A stretch of 64,000 bases of DNA from Lama guanicoe (Eukaryota): assembly GCA_013239625.1 (NCBI GenBank), contig MU054575.1, forward strand, positions 867,687 through 931,686, in the 5' to 3' direction. The notes under the pieces were generated by a model. It was not told the origin of the DNA, made no database searches, and was given only the letters and a program-made list of their open reading frames with translations. The position numbers and the translations under genes were made by a program. This document shows, piece after piece, positions 1 through 12,400 of the stretch (its first letter is position 1; each line of letters begins with the position of its first letter).

Positions 1-998
1 CCTACCGCCTGGGGACACTGTTGGGGGCATGGATGCTGCTGTGGGCTCGGGCGCCACCTGCCGGCCAAGGCCTGAAACTGCCCTTCACCTGGGCTGGGAA
101 GGTAAGTCTGGGGCAGGAGACCCACCTCTCACCTTGGCCCCCACCCTGGTCCCACCCCGGTCCCACCCCAACCAAAACCTTGTTGGCGGCCTTGAAGAGG
201 TGACACTGAGGTGGGCCCTGGGGGAACAATAAGAGTAATAAGCACTGCTCCATGGGACCCTCATCAACCCACCCATGGGCTCATCTCGTCCAGAGTGTCT
301 CACCCTAAACACTGTCTCAATGCAAAAGATGCCCTAATCCATACCCCAAGCTCAGACCACAGCCCAGCCCGATCCCACGCCCCTGCACCTGTGTGCTGAC
401 CCGCGACTCCACCACTGGAACACTGAGCCCCAACAGGCTCTCCCCTGAGGCCCCCCACAAATACCCCGGCTCCTCAGCTGACAAACACCACCGGGACACC
501 AGTCAGCTCCTCCTTCCCCGGATTTGCAGGGTCTCAGGCTCCGCTGCCACCTCCTGCCCCAGTCCCCGTCACCCTCATCAGGACTGCAGGAGCCTCCCCA
601 CCCTGGCCCACCCCAGCAGCCCCTGATCAGCCAGAGGTCCCTTCTAGGACAGCAGGCGAGCTTAGAACCCTGCAGCGGCTCCACGGCACGCAGAGCAAGC
701 CTGCACGCTCACAATCAGTGCACCACTGTCTTACACATCCCACGTGTTGAGTACCCGCCCTCCCCTACTCACACAGTCACACGTGTGCACACTCACAGGC
801 ACACAGATGCACTAGAAGCTGTACACGAGAGCAACCCCATTTGTGGACTGAGTATCCCAAGCACCAGAGCCCAGCACACAGTAGGTGTTCAAAATGTTTG
901 TCGTTTTCAGCGAGGCTGCCTGTTTCACAGCCCAACACCAGACAACAGCAGGTGTGTGGCAGGGCCGTCCAGCCGCTTGCATTCTGCTAGCTCATTCT

Positions 999-1208
999 TT
1001 AGACTCTGCAGAGTGTCACTTCCTCTGAGAAGCCCTCCTCCTCAGCCCCATCCGGATCAGCCTCACCCAGCAGAACCTTCAACAAGTTTCCGTGAGAGGC
1101 TTGGAGGCTGTGAATGCCCTGGGGCTGGAGTGGGTCCTGGAGGCCTGCGGATGCCAGGCTAAGTGAGCAGACTTCCCACAGTCCCTGGGTGCCAGGAAGC
1201 TCCCTGCC
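999..1208 (-). other. SLC22A18AS: Non-coding region homologous to the N-terminal part of the human SLC22A18AS ORF
   Basis: Frame reads RELPGTQGLWEVC..PLQPQGIHSL..EGFSEEV, against recalled human MGELPGSEGMWENC..RPQPQGIHRF..GGFSEEV. There is no ATG and a stop occurs at 999. Confidence 0.5.
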
Positions 1209-1317
1209 CCTGAACTTGTCACGACAAACACTTAGGCAGGATTCGATTGCTTCTGCTCCAACCAGTTCCCTTCCACACACAGGCCTTGTCTGACGCAGGA
1301 GGAAGAGAAAGGTGAGT
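1200..1317 (+). other. Candidate upstream alternative non-coding first exon of SLC22A18
   Basis: Consensus donor AAG|GTGAGT at 1312. Human SLC22A18 is recalled to have alternative first exons overlapping SLC22A18AS. The 5' boundary is a guess. Confidence 0.35.
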
Positions 1318-2049
1318 AACTAGCGCCTTCCTGCCCCCCCTCCTCATGCGTTTGGACTTAAGTCCTCCTCTGACACAGGCCCACTATGGAGAGTTGGGCC
1401 TGAGCCACTCCCTCTGCGGACTTGGGGCCCCTTGCCCTCCCTGAAGGGCCCGCAGCAGGCCTGGGGCTCCCTGGCTCTGTGCTTCACTGCCGGACTTTGG
1501 CCTGCCCTCCCAGGCGCTGCAGGGGCGGCTCTGTGGCTGCCTACCCTACGTGTCTCAGGGCCCCTGCAGTTTTCTGCCCCGAACGCCAGAGGGGACTTTG
1601 GTTTTCACGTTTGGGCCTGTGGCCTGGCTCCAGGCTCTGGTGCAGGGTGTGAGGTGGTGGAGTTGCCATTATTTGGTTACTTGTCTGCGAAATGGTTCCT
1701 GGACCTAAGGGGGAGTCTCTGGGTGGCTGTAGGGGGACCAGGCCAGACCTGCAGAGGAACAGTTTGAAGCCATGTGTACCTGCATCCCCTGGGGCTCTGA
1801 TGGCCCTGTCCAAGCGGGCGGGGTGGCCGCAGTGTGAAATGAGGAAAACTGAAACTGGCATCTCGGTGGCTCCCAGAAGCCTCCTGCTCTGTGTGGGACG
1901 TAGGCAATGCCTCCACGCCGCCTAGCTCTCCCATCCTTCTTCCCAGCCCCTGTCCCGCGTCCCTCCGTCCCATCACCCTCTCCACCCTGCCGACCCCAGG
2001 CTCAGGCTGGACACTCAGTGCTGCTCCAGAGGCCTGGGTTCCTGCCTTC

Positions 2050-2630
2050 CCCGCCGACCCGGGAGAAAAGCTGGAGGAGGCGGGCCAGAGCAAAGCCTGG
2101 AGGGAGGAAGAAGGAGGCGGTGCAGGGACCGCGGGCGCGGGCTGCGGCGGGGCGCGCTGGGGGCGTGTCCAGCTCAGCCAATGAGAGCGCGGAGGCCGCG
2201 CGCGGGCGGGGCCCAGCCCGGGGTGTTGAACGTACCCGGTCAATCCCGGGAGGCGGGCGGGAGCTCACCCGGGAGGGTGAGTGTCCCAGGTCCTCCCGAG
2301 AGGGCGGGTGCCCGAGCCCAGCTCCGGAAGGGCCAGGCCAGAGCTCACCCGAGAAGGGCTCACCTCACCGAGACGGTGCCCAAGCTGAGTCCTGCAGAGG
2401 CAGAGACCGGAGCTCGCTCTAGCGAGCGCGGCCCCTGACCCGCTCCCCGCTCGGGTGTCCAGCCCGTGCCGAGCCAGCAGCCCCTGACCTGCCGCTCTCA
2501 GCCTCCGTCCTGCTCCCTGCAAGCTCCCTGACCCCGGGATGGGGAAGGCGGCTGGGCACAGTCCCGGGCCCGGGTCCCCGCCTTGATGTTACCCCATCCC
2601 ACCCCAGGGCCGGGGTTCTTAAGGCCGCCC
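2050..2630 (+). promoter_or_regulatory. CpG island / likely SLC22A18 promoter with a non-coding first exon ending at 2276
   Basis: CpG-dense; CCAAT box at 2178-2182, GC box at 2204-2209; splice donor GAGG|GTGAGT at 2277. Probable acceptor of the ATG exon is cctgtccacag|GAC at 3206. Confidence 0.65.
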
Positions 2631-3339
2631 TTGGGCCCAACTGTACAACCAATTGTTAACTTGGCAAAACTCTGCGGAGGCCGTTGTGGAACCGCAGAGT
2701 CTGGCTCCAGCCTGTGGGGGTGTGGGGAGCAGATGTGCCCCAATGCAGGAGGTGAGACGGAGCTGCCCTGCCTGGGGGCCTGGAAGGCTGAGCTGTCCTC
2801 CAGCCCACACCTGGCCACTCCAGAAGCCCCTCTGGTTCTTGCTGGGGGAGCTGAGGAAAGTAGGCCTTACGCTGAAACCACTGTAGTGGTGGGGGGTGCG
2901 CAATGGGCCCCAAGGACCCCGCCCCCCACGACACACAGGGACCCAAGCGAGCACCACACCTGCAGGAGGCCCCTACCTGAGCTGCAGTCGGCAGCCACTC
3001 TGGGCCTATTTCCCTCTGGAAATGGGGTGCTGAGCCTCGCCCACGCCGCAAGGGTCTTCATCTCCATGGCTGTGGGCCAGGAGACCCAGTGTTGTCTGTC
3101 ATGGAGGGGAGGGCCAGCTGTCATGTTCTCCAAGAACAAGACTGGCCCAAAGTCACACAGCCAGTGACTGGAGAGCCCAACTGGAGTCGGATGTCCTGTC
3201 CACAGGACCTCTCAGGGCCACCGGCTGCCCGCCCTATGACTCAGCACCCTCGCTGGGCACAGCAGGACTTTTGCCCCCGCCTGTTCCTTCAGCCTCCAGC
3301 TCAGATTCCTACATGGTTTCCCAGCAGGACCTGCCCAGT

Positions 3340-3483
3340 ATGCGGGATGCCGGGGCCCCCAGGGGCCAGGGCCAGTCCCCCAGTGGGATGGGTGCTCTGG
3401 GCCAGGCCGGGGTCATCCTACTCACCTATGTGCTGGCGGCCCTGGAGCTCACCTGCCTCTTCATGCAATTCTCCATCATGCCC
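3340..3483 (+). CDS. SLC22A18: SLC22A18 coding exon 1 (MRDAG...FSIMP)
   Basis: ATG at 3340, donor CCC|GTGAGT at 3484; 48 codons. Confidence 0.92.
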
Positions 3484-6400
3484 GTGAGTACCCCTCCCCA
3501 GGCAGCCCTGCCGTCAGTGCGCCTGCGCAGGCATTCTCACCTTCCATCTGGGCCCTGGACGGGGCCGGGGGTAGGGCCTGATGCTCCCGGGACTCCTCCT
3601 GCTGAGGGCCCCTTGCCACACTGGAGCTGAGCCAGTTAGGGACTCTGCCTCTGGACCCCCCCATCAGCATGTCCTGGGCCCTGGCTGCACCGCCAGCCGT
3701 CCTCATGGCAGCACCCCTCCCCATGGAGGTCCCAGCTCCGTTCCTCCTGCCCCCCCTCCCCGGGCCTTTGCCCTATTGATTTGCTGCCCCAGCACCTCAG
3801 CTACTTCCTAGTTGCACTCAGGCCTCTGCCTAGGCCTCCTCCACAGCGGGCCCTCCCCCACTGCAGCACTGCCAGGTCCCCGGAGTCGCTTCCTCTCCAT
3901 CCTCGGTCCTGGTTGGTAGGTCCATCTGCAGCTTGTACTTCATGGTATTAGATTATTTCTGCCTCCCCAGCCAGGACGTGAGGGTGAGACTTGATCCATC
4001 CCATTCTCTGCCACCTGCCCTGATCTGGAGCTCTGCCAGGCCACAGCAACCAGTTGGTTAAGTGGCCACCGTGGCTTCCTGGCACCTGCCGGCCCATCCT
4101 CCTTTCATTCCCCCCATACACTCTTATTTATTCATTCAACAACCACTGGTGGAGCTGGCCCACAGGGTCCCCTCCTCCTGTGGAAACAGCCCCCAGGGGG
4201 CTTTGGGAGGCCAAGAGCCCCAGAGATCCTTTTCTGCCTGGTCTGGGTAGGGCCAATTTTAAAAGTTCCCCAGGAGACTCCCTTAAGTGGCATGGGCCTG
4301 AGAATTTGGGTGGGAGAGGCCCTCGCTTTTGTCATCATTTGTCCCTGGCCAAGCAGTACGCCCAGCTCCCCGGCCTCCCAAGCTCGGCTCACTTCCACCG
4401 AATGGCTTGCTCCAAGCCCTGACTCCCCTCCTTAGCAGCCAGGTGACCTAGGCTCATAGTAAAAGGAGTGACAAGTGTCCTTCCCTCAGAGGGTCGGTGC
4501 TGGAGTGATGAGAGAAGAGTTGAAACCCTTAGAACGCGAGGCACAGAGCAGCCGCAGTGTTACCCTCCCCTCATCACTGGCTCTCTGGGGAGGGGCCTGT
4601 GTTTGTTCAGTAAATGCTTGCAGGTACTCTGAGCACCTGTTCTCAGAACTCAGAATACACCAGAGTGCAAATTGGACTGGACAATGCGCACCCCCACAGC
4701 TGGTGGTCCAGGGGGTTGGTGACGCCTACCAGCAATGCATAAACTCTGCGTAGTTAGTCTGTGCTGGGGGAGGGCGGCGGTGGGGAGGGGCACTGGGGGT
4801 GCGAGGAGTGTGGCAGGCTTGGGGTCTACAAATTTCCCTGAGAAGATGACCCTGAGCAAAGGCTTAAAGGAGACTCAGGAGTGAGCGAACCAGTGCAAAG
4901 GCCCTGGGGGGGACAGGAGGAACGGAGCTGGGACCGCCATGGGGAGGGGTGCTGCCATGAGGACGGCTGGCGGTCTGGGGCAAAAGTGGGACCAGTGCTG
5001 GAGAGGGGAGAAGGAGCTGAGGCCAGGAGGGGCTACAGGACCTCTGAGAGGCTAGGGACAGGGTAGGAGGCTCCGTGGTTAAGTTTGAGCCCAGGAGCTG
5101 GTGGTGGATTGGATGTGGGTGTGCGAGAAAGGGGCAGCAGGGGGTGGGGTGCATCAGGGATGACACTGAGGACTGGGACCTGAACCCTTGGAAGGGTGGA
5201 GGCATCAGCAGGGGAGCAGAGGAGCTGGTCTTGGAGGGAGGCTGGGAGTCAGTTCGGGATGGATGTGTGGATTTCCAGGTGCTTCTAGACACTGAGTATA
5301 GAGCAGGGGCAAAGTGGGCATCGGGTGCCTCTCCTCACTTGTCTGACGAGCACCCAGAAGAGGGGAAGGAGGAGCAGCAGCTGAATTCACTGGAGTCTGG
5401 ACCCAAAGGTTCTGACGGGCTCCCCTGCGAGATAAGCAGCTGAGTCCAAGCATAAGGGTCCCTCCGAGGCGCACGGCAGAGTAGTCAGGGCCAGACCCTC
5501 AACTCCCTCCCACCCTGTTCAGGGCTACCCCTCCTACCCCCTGCCCACGAAGGCCCCTGGGTCACAGGTGCTGGGGTCCATCCCAGGGCCTTCCAACGGA
5601 ACCTCCTATGTTTCAGTACCTGTCCCGGAGGCTGGGCCTGGATTCTGTCGCCTTTGGTTACCAGCAGACGATCTTTGGAGTGCTTCAGCTGCTGGGCGGG
5701 CCCGTGTTTGGCAGGTACTGTGGGGCAGGGAGGTTTGGGGGGCCCTCACCCCATGATGACCCAGGCTTGCCCTTTGGAGGACATGGCCTGGCTTGTGCTG
5801 GGTACCCAGACCTTACTCTGGGCCCTGCTGGAGAGATGGCAACTCCCACTTCACAGACGGGCTCACTGAGGCACAGAGGAGCTTTAGTCGCTTTAAGGCT
5901 GGGTCAAGCCCTCGCTCCCAGGGTGTCCTCACCCATGACTTCTGATGTGTGGCCTGAGAGAAGATTTAATTGGTGAGACACTCGTGACTATAAACGCTCA
6001 GCCCCATTGAGCTGGGAGTCCCACCAGCAATTTTTCTGGAAAAGACAATTCTGGGGACTGGGAGCCCCACTAGTCTTAGTGCTATGGAGGCGCTGGGCCG
6101 AGGGGCAGGACGGGAGACGTCCTCCCGCAAACCCCGCAGTGGACGGATTAATGTGGCACAAGTCGGATCTTCAGAGTAACTCAGAGGGAACTCCAGACCC
6201 AGTAAGATCAGACTGAGCAGGGGCTGCTGGGGTGGGGGGTGGTTCACGCTGCTGCCTGGAGCTCGGGTGGAGAAAGGGCTGGAGCCTGGGAAACACTTTC
6301 TATAAAACGTGCACATGCCCTTGGTCCATTTGCATCCCACAAGTTATCTCATAGGAGTGGGAATGACCGTCTTGGTCAGACTCCCTGAGATCCTTCCCTT

Positions 6401-9400
6401 TGGAAGGATGGAGAAACAGGGTCTAAGAGGAGGGAGGCCCACAGCCCAGCAGAAACCCTGGCCTCCCTGATTAGCCCTGCGGGGGAAACTTTGGGCCAGC
6501 CCCTGGCAGTCCCAAGGAGTAGGTGTGGTGCAGAGGAGGAGAACCCTGCCTCCCAGCCGTGAGGGTCACAGGTGTGGGGCCCCCAGGTTCGCAGACCAGC
6601 ACGGGGCAAGGGCAGCCTTCACGCTCTCCTTCCTGGCGTCCTCCGCACTCTACCTGCTCCTGGTCGCAGCCTGCAGCCCGTCCCTGCCCGGCGTGGCCTT
6701 ACTCTTCGCCTCGCGCCTGCCCGCAGCACTCATGCACACGTTGCCAGGTAGGGTAGGGCCAACGGGGGCCAGGAGAGCAGGGTGGGGTGGGGAGGTGAGA
6801 GGGCGTGGCCTGGGCCCACAGGCCATACGAGGGTCAGCAAGGGCCTGCGGCGCTCAGCCCCTGTCCCATCGCCTAGCTGCCCAGATGGTCATCACAGACC
6901 TGACCACGCCTGAGGAGCGGCCGGCGGCCCTGGGCCGGCTCGGCCTGTGCTTCGGCATCGGCGTCATCGTCGGCTCCCTGCTCGGCGGGACCCTGAGCAG
7001 CGCGTGTGGGTGAGTGTCCGGGGCGAGGACCCTGCTGGGGGACAGGCAGACGAGGTGGGGTATGGACAGAGTGGTGGACAGGAATGTGATCAGGACGGTC
7101 CAGGCTGGGTCGGTTCTGCACCGCCACCCCGCCCTGCAGCCTCGCCACCTCTCCAGGTCTCAGTTTCCCCAGGTGCACCCTGAGCAGGTTATGTCCCTGG
7201 GACGGTGACCTGCAGGAACCTACCAGGTGGGTGTGGCTCTGGGGGAGTCGGGGCCAGGTGTCCAGCCCAGTTTTCGGTGGAGACCCCTGCCTACCTGACC
7301 AGAGGCCCTGTGCCAGCTGGTGATCCCCCAACTCTGCCAGGGCCAGCATGAGCTACCCTGGGATTCCATTCCGGGAAGGACCTTCCTGATGTCTGAACCA
7401 CATGCGTGCGCACTCAGCATGCACTCAGCGCCTCTCTTGACACCTGGCCCTGTGATCTTGTATGACCCTATGCCAGCCGCCCGGATGCTGGAGCCTTAGC
7501 TTCCCCGGGCTCCCCAGGTGCCCCACACAAGTCTCAGACTTGGGAGTGGGAGATGGCTGAGCCCAGAGACTGAGGGACAGGAGGGCCCAGAGCCCTTGTC
7601 AAGGCAGCTCCATCTCTGGAGGGAGGTCTGTTCAAGGTGTCCACCACCCCCTGCGCCCCCCCAGCATCTTCATCAGAGCTGGGTTGGGGATGGCAGGCTC
7701 TGCTGAGTGCTGTGAGCAGGAAGCTGGGGTACAGAGGGCAGGACTGCTTCATTTGTTTGTTTTCTCATCGATATTTATTGAACTAAGTGCCCCTGGGATT
7801 CCAGGTGCTGGGATGCAGTGGTGAACGTGACAGGTGAGTCCTCAGGTGAAATAACTAGGATATGTATTCGTACAACATCAGGCAGAGGACATCAGGGGAG
7901 GCAAAGGGACAGCAAGTGCAAAGGCCCTGAGGTCGGGGCAGTGGGAGGAAGGGCTGTGTGCAGCTGGGGTGAAGGAGCAGCAGGGGGGACGGGGCGGGTG
8001 GGCACTAGGTCAGGCCATGGAGCAGGGGCAGGCTATGACCCGGCTGCTGTGTTGAGAGTGTGGGGGCTCCGGCCACCACAGGGAGACCAGTGAGGTCCTG
8101 GTGGGAGAGGATGGCAGCTGGAGCAGGGATGGCCGTGGTGGGGAGACAACAGAGGGCAGTTTCTGGCTTGGTTTTGCTGATGGCTGGGATGTAAGTGTGG
8201 ACTCAAGGCAGTGCCTCAACTCTGGGGCTAGTCCTGGGGGAGCCATGGGCCTCGCTGTGATCTGAGTTGCCCAAGCACCAGCAGGAGCTGGGTCTCTGTC
8301 AGGATGAGTCTGGTGCCCAAAAGATGCTTGAAGGAAGGAGCTCTGGAGTGGGGCCTGGGCGAGGGAGTCAGAGCTGGAGGAGAGCAGGGCTTTGTCCTCC
8401 AGAGGGTAGTTTGTAAGCCCTGTGAATCGGCTCAGATCAAGGCTGGTGCTTTACGTTAGAAGCCGGGGATCAAGAAAAGGCACCGGGAGGACCAGAGGGA
8501 AGGGGGTCCAGGTGAACATCCAGGCGAGTGGGTCAAGACAGGACTCCTGAGCATGACTGCGGATTCTGCTGGACCCGGGCCACCTCCCTCCACGCAGCGC
8601 GGGGGCGGAAGCCCAATTCGGTGGATGGACCAGGTGCAAGAGAAAGAGGGCCTCTGTGTACCCAGGGAGGAAGAAAGACAGTCAGGGGCCCCTAGTAAGG
8701 AGGGTTAGGTGTAGGGGAGGGAGAGGCGGGCAGGGAGGAGCCCCCATGCTGCCCCTCCCCCCAGAACTCAGCAACCAGGAATGGTGGGTCACCTCCCAGC
8801 CCTGCCACCGGCCATCATGGGCCATGCGGCAACTTTCCTCACCTTGCCAGGTATTCTCAGCTGTGAAATGGGCCCATCAGCTCTCACTCCTAGGAGTTAA
8901 GACCAGGCCCTGTGTCCAGGGGACACCTACACAGACACACACAGGCCTCCCCAGGCCAGCCCTACCCCACGTTCCCGCCTCTCATCGCCTGCCTTTTTCT
9001 CCAGCCCAGCTGCTGACCCAGAAGACACCCCTCACTCCCCTTTCCCTCCCAGCAGCCCCCAAGACCAACTCCACCCCTGCCCTCACCTTCCAGAGCATTC
9101 CATCAGCTTCTTTCATCACAAGATCTAAGGTGCTTTATACACTTCCTTTCATGGGCAGGGAAACTGAGGCCCAGAGAGGGTAAGAAAGACTCCCCAGTGG
9201 AGTGCCCAGTCCCATCCAAGGCCCAAGGAACATGGGCTCCAGGACCCTGAAACCCCATGGCAAGGCCCTCTCCCGGTCTGGCCTCTCTGCTGGCCAGCAG
9301 CCTCTCCACCTCCTGGCACAGCTCCGGGCAAGGGCCAGGCAGATGTAAAGGCCCCATTCCCGCCCCCTTTCCCCTTCTCTGATAGAAACTGAGACACGAT

Positions 9401-12400
9401 GCAAGATCTGCCTCGCTGTTCCTCCCTGCCCACCCCACCCTCGCTGCCCTGTCCCCTAAAGGCCTCAGCCATGTGCCACCCCCACCAGGGAGCAGGTGGA
9501 GGAAGTGGACTTGGCAGCCACTGCTGTGGGCTGGGCACTGGTATAACTGGTTTGGGCCCAGCCTGGGGCTCAGGGCTGGGAGGCCAGGCTCCCAAGGAGG
9601 GCACAGACCTTGGCCCTGAGTCACTTAGCAGGTGAGGGGGCAGCCCTGTGACTCATGGCCTGGAGCCTGGCACCTCACAGCCTGGGGAGGCCTCTATCAT
9701 CCCCTCCCCCACAGCAGGCCGTGTGCCTCGGAGGTGGGCAGCACCAGCCTACCAAGGCCACCAGGCCCAGGGATCTGCAAAAGGGGGCGCCACGCATCAA
9801 ACCTCGCTGACGGCGGAGTCAGACAGAGCCAGGCCTCGCTGAGGACTTGGTGTGCTGAGTGACGGTGGGACGTGAGGTCTTTACGGAGCACTGAAGGGGC
9901 AGCCCTGCACAGCAAATCATAGGTCCAGCTGGGCTCTGGCCCCCTGGAGATGGCCCACCAGGGTGGCCACTCAATTCAGGCCTCAGCTGGGGGAGTGTCC
10001 AGCCACAGACCCTAGAGGTCAGGCAAAGCTGGGCCTCAGGGTCAATGGCCAGCCCTCCTGGGCCCTAACTGTCTGGCATGTGGCCCCACTCTGGCCCTCA
10101 GCCCCGCTCTGTGCCCCGTGGGCCCTGGATGACTCAGCTGGTATGACCCACTCCTTATCCGGAGGCCTGGGAAAGCCAGCCTCCCTGAGGACCGTACCTC
10201 TGCCCCTGGTCCGGGCACCTGATCCTGCTGACATGGCGTTTCCGCCCCAGTGACACGGCAGCTTCCCTGACGCTGATGAGCGGATGTTCGGGGCTGCCCC
10301 GAGCAGCTCTGGGACAGGAGTGGCTCAGGGGCCGGCCGGGCTTCCTGCCCTGCCTGGTGCTCCGGTTCCTCACAAGCTGTGCCGGGCCGCACCCCGGAGG
10401 TCGCCCAGGCCCTGCAGAGAGAGCCTGGGTGCTGCGGGCACTAGGAAGTACACGGACAGGGCACAAATGGCTGCGAGCTCAGTCTAGACCTGAGAACCAG
10501 AAGTCAGTGTTGCAGGCGGAGGGAAAGCCCAGCAAAGGCCCTGGGGCAGGAAGGGTCTTGGGGCTTGCCTGAGGTCTGTGTGGTCAGATGCTCCGGAGAA
10601 TGGAGGGCTGTAAAGAGTTAGGCCAGATCCAGCTTGAATGCCTTTTTCTGGAACCTGGAAGCCAGAGTGGGGCTGAATCAGGAGTGGCCCCACAAGACGT
10701 CTGTTTTCAGACACGGCTCTAGCCACAGCGTTGTGGCCTGTGGATCGGGAAGGGCAGGGAGATTCTTGGCCCCAAGCTCAGGCTGGACATCCAGTGACTG
10801 TCGAGAGCCCCTTACAGCCAGGCTTCACCTGGAGTTGGGTCCCCACAGACCCCAGACTGCCCTCCAGGTTGGACAGGACAGGGGTAAACAGCCCGGGAGG
10901 CCCTGAGCCCCACCTGCAGCCAGGCCCGGGGGGACCGTGGCCAAGAGCCGTCACCTCTCAGACCCCAGAGCAGGCGGGGAGGGCAGCCCCAGCCGCAGGA
11001 GGAGTGGTCACCCCAGAGCTAGGCAGAAGACCCATGATGTGGGGCGGAAAGTCCACACGGAGTGGGCAGGTAGCCAGGCCCACCGCCCTCCTGATAATGT
11101 CACATCGGTAAGTTCCGGGCCCTCAAGATAAGGATGAAAGGCAGTGTTTGCCGCTGCTGCAGTTTGACCAGGGCCAGTGGCAGCCATGACGAGCCGTGGT
11201 CAGTCCCAAAAGCCTCCCCCGGGGGGACGCAGGGTGGGCTGGCTCCAGGACAGCCTTGGGGCGGACAGGGGGTCCTGGCAGGGGACTCCCTGTGAGTCCA
11301 GCCCTCATTTGCCTCTGAGGAAAAGAGGTCACCCAGCTAGGTAGCCACGGGGAAGGGACAAGGATTCAGGTGTCCTGAGTCCGGCCCAGTGGCCTTTCAG
11401 GGTGTCCATGGGTCCATGTGTCTAGTCTCCTGTCCAGCCACTCAGCTTAAATAAAAGGGGGTGAGTGGACAAAGACATCCTAACCATGCCTGCCTCATGG
11501 TCAGAGCTCAGTTTGTAACAAATGGTCCAATAAGCCAGTGGACACACAGCCCACAGGGGCCAACTCTGGGGGTGCGTCAACCGAAGGCCCCCGGGGAGGG
11601 GCACCCGAGTTGTGTCTTGGATGACAGAGCAGCACCAGTTGGGGGCACGAGGCTGGAGGGTGTCCCCACGGAGCAGGCCCTCAGGGAGACCCAGGGCTGC
11701 AGTGTGTCCCTCCCATCCGTTCACTGTCCCTTCCGGCATTCGGTCTGAGGGAGTCAGAGTGAGCACTGAGTAGGGAAGGACACCCTGGGGCCCTGACACC
11801 CTCCAAGGGCCCTCCAGGGTCCCTGTGCCCCCTTCAGTTCCCTGGCTATCACACAAGGGACAGGAGAGATCTCAGGAGAACCGGCCTGGCTCCCTGCCAT
11901 GCCCCGGGTTGCTTGTCACCAGCCTCCCAAAATAGCCATCTAAGTGGCCGCCTCTGCCCTCACAAATTCCCAGGGCATCTGGCAAAGAAAGCTGGTTTTG
12001 TCCCTGCCTGGACAGGCCCCGAGCAGTGACGTGCGGGCCTCTGAGGCCAGAGCTCTGAAGAAAGGGCCCTTCTCTCTGGACTTGGCCGCTGGGGCCAGGG
12101 TGTCCCTGCTGTCTGGGGGAGGGGGCAATGGCTCCCACACCCAGCCTCATCCCTGCCCTGGGGTCCCAGCAGAGGCCTCACTCTGGAGTCCAGTGCCCCC
12201 TGACGCTTCCTGCCCGGCAGTCAAGGGACACACCCCTTTGTTTGGAACCCTGACAGCCAGAAAACCCAGCATTCTACACAGCGGTCTTCAGCCAGGGGGT
12301 CAGAGAAGGGCCCCTGCCGATGGGCCAGTCCACCACTGACCAACCGTTTGAGCTCCGGCAGGTCCCAGTCCGAGCAGTGAGGGTGGCTGAGGCCCAGCCT

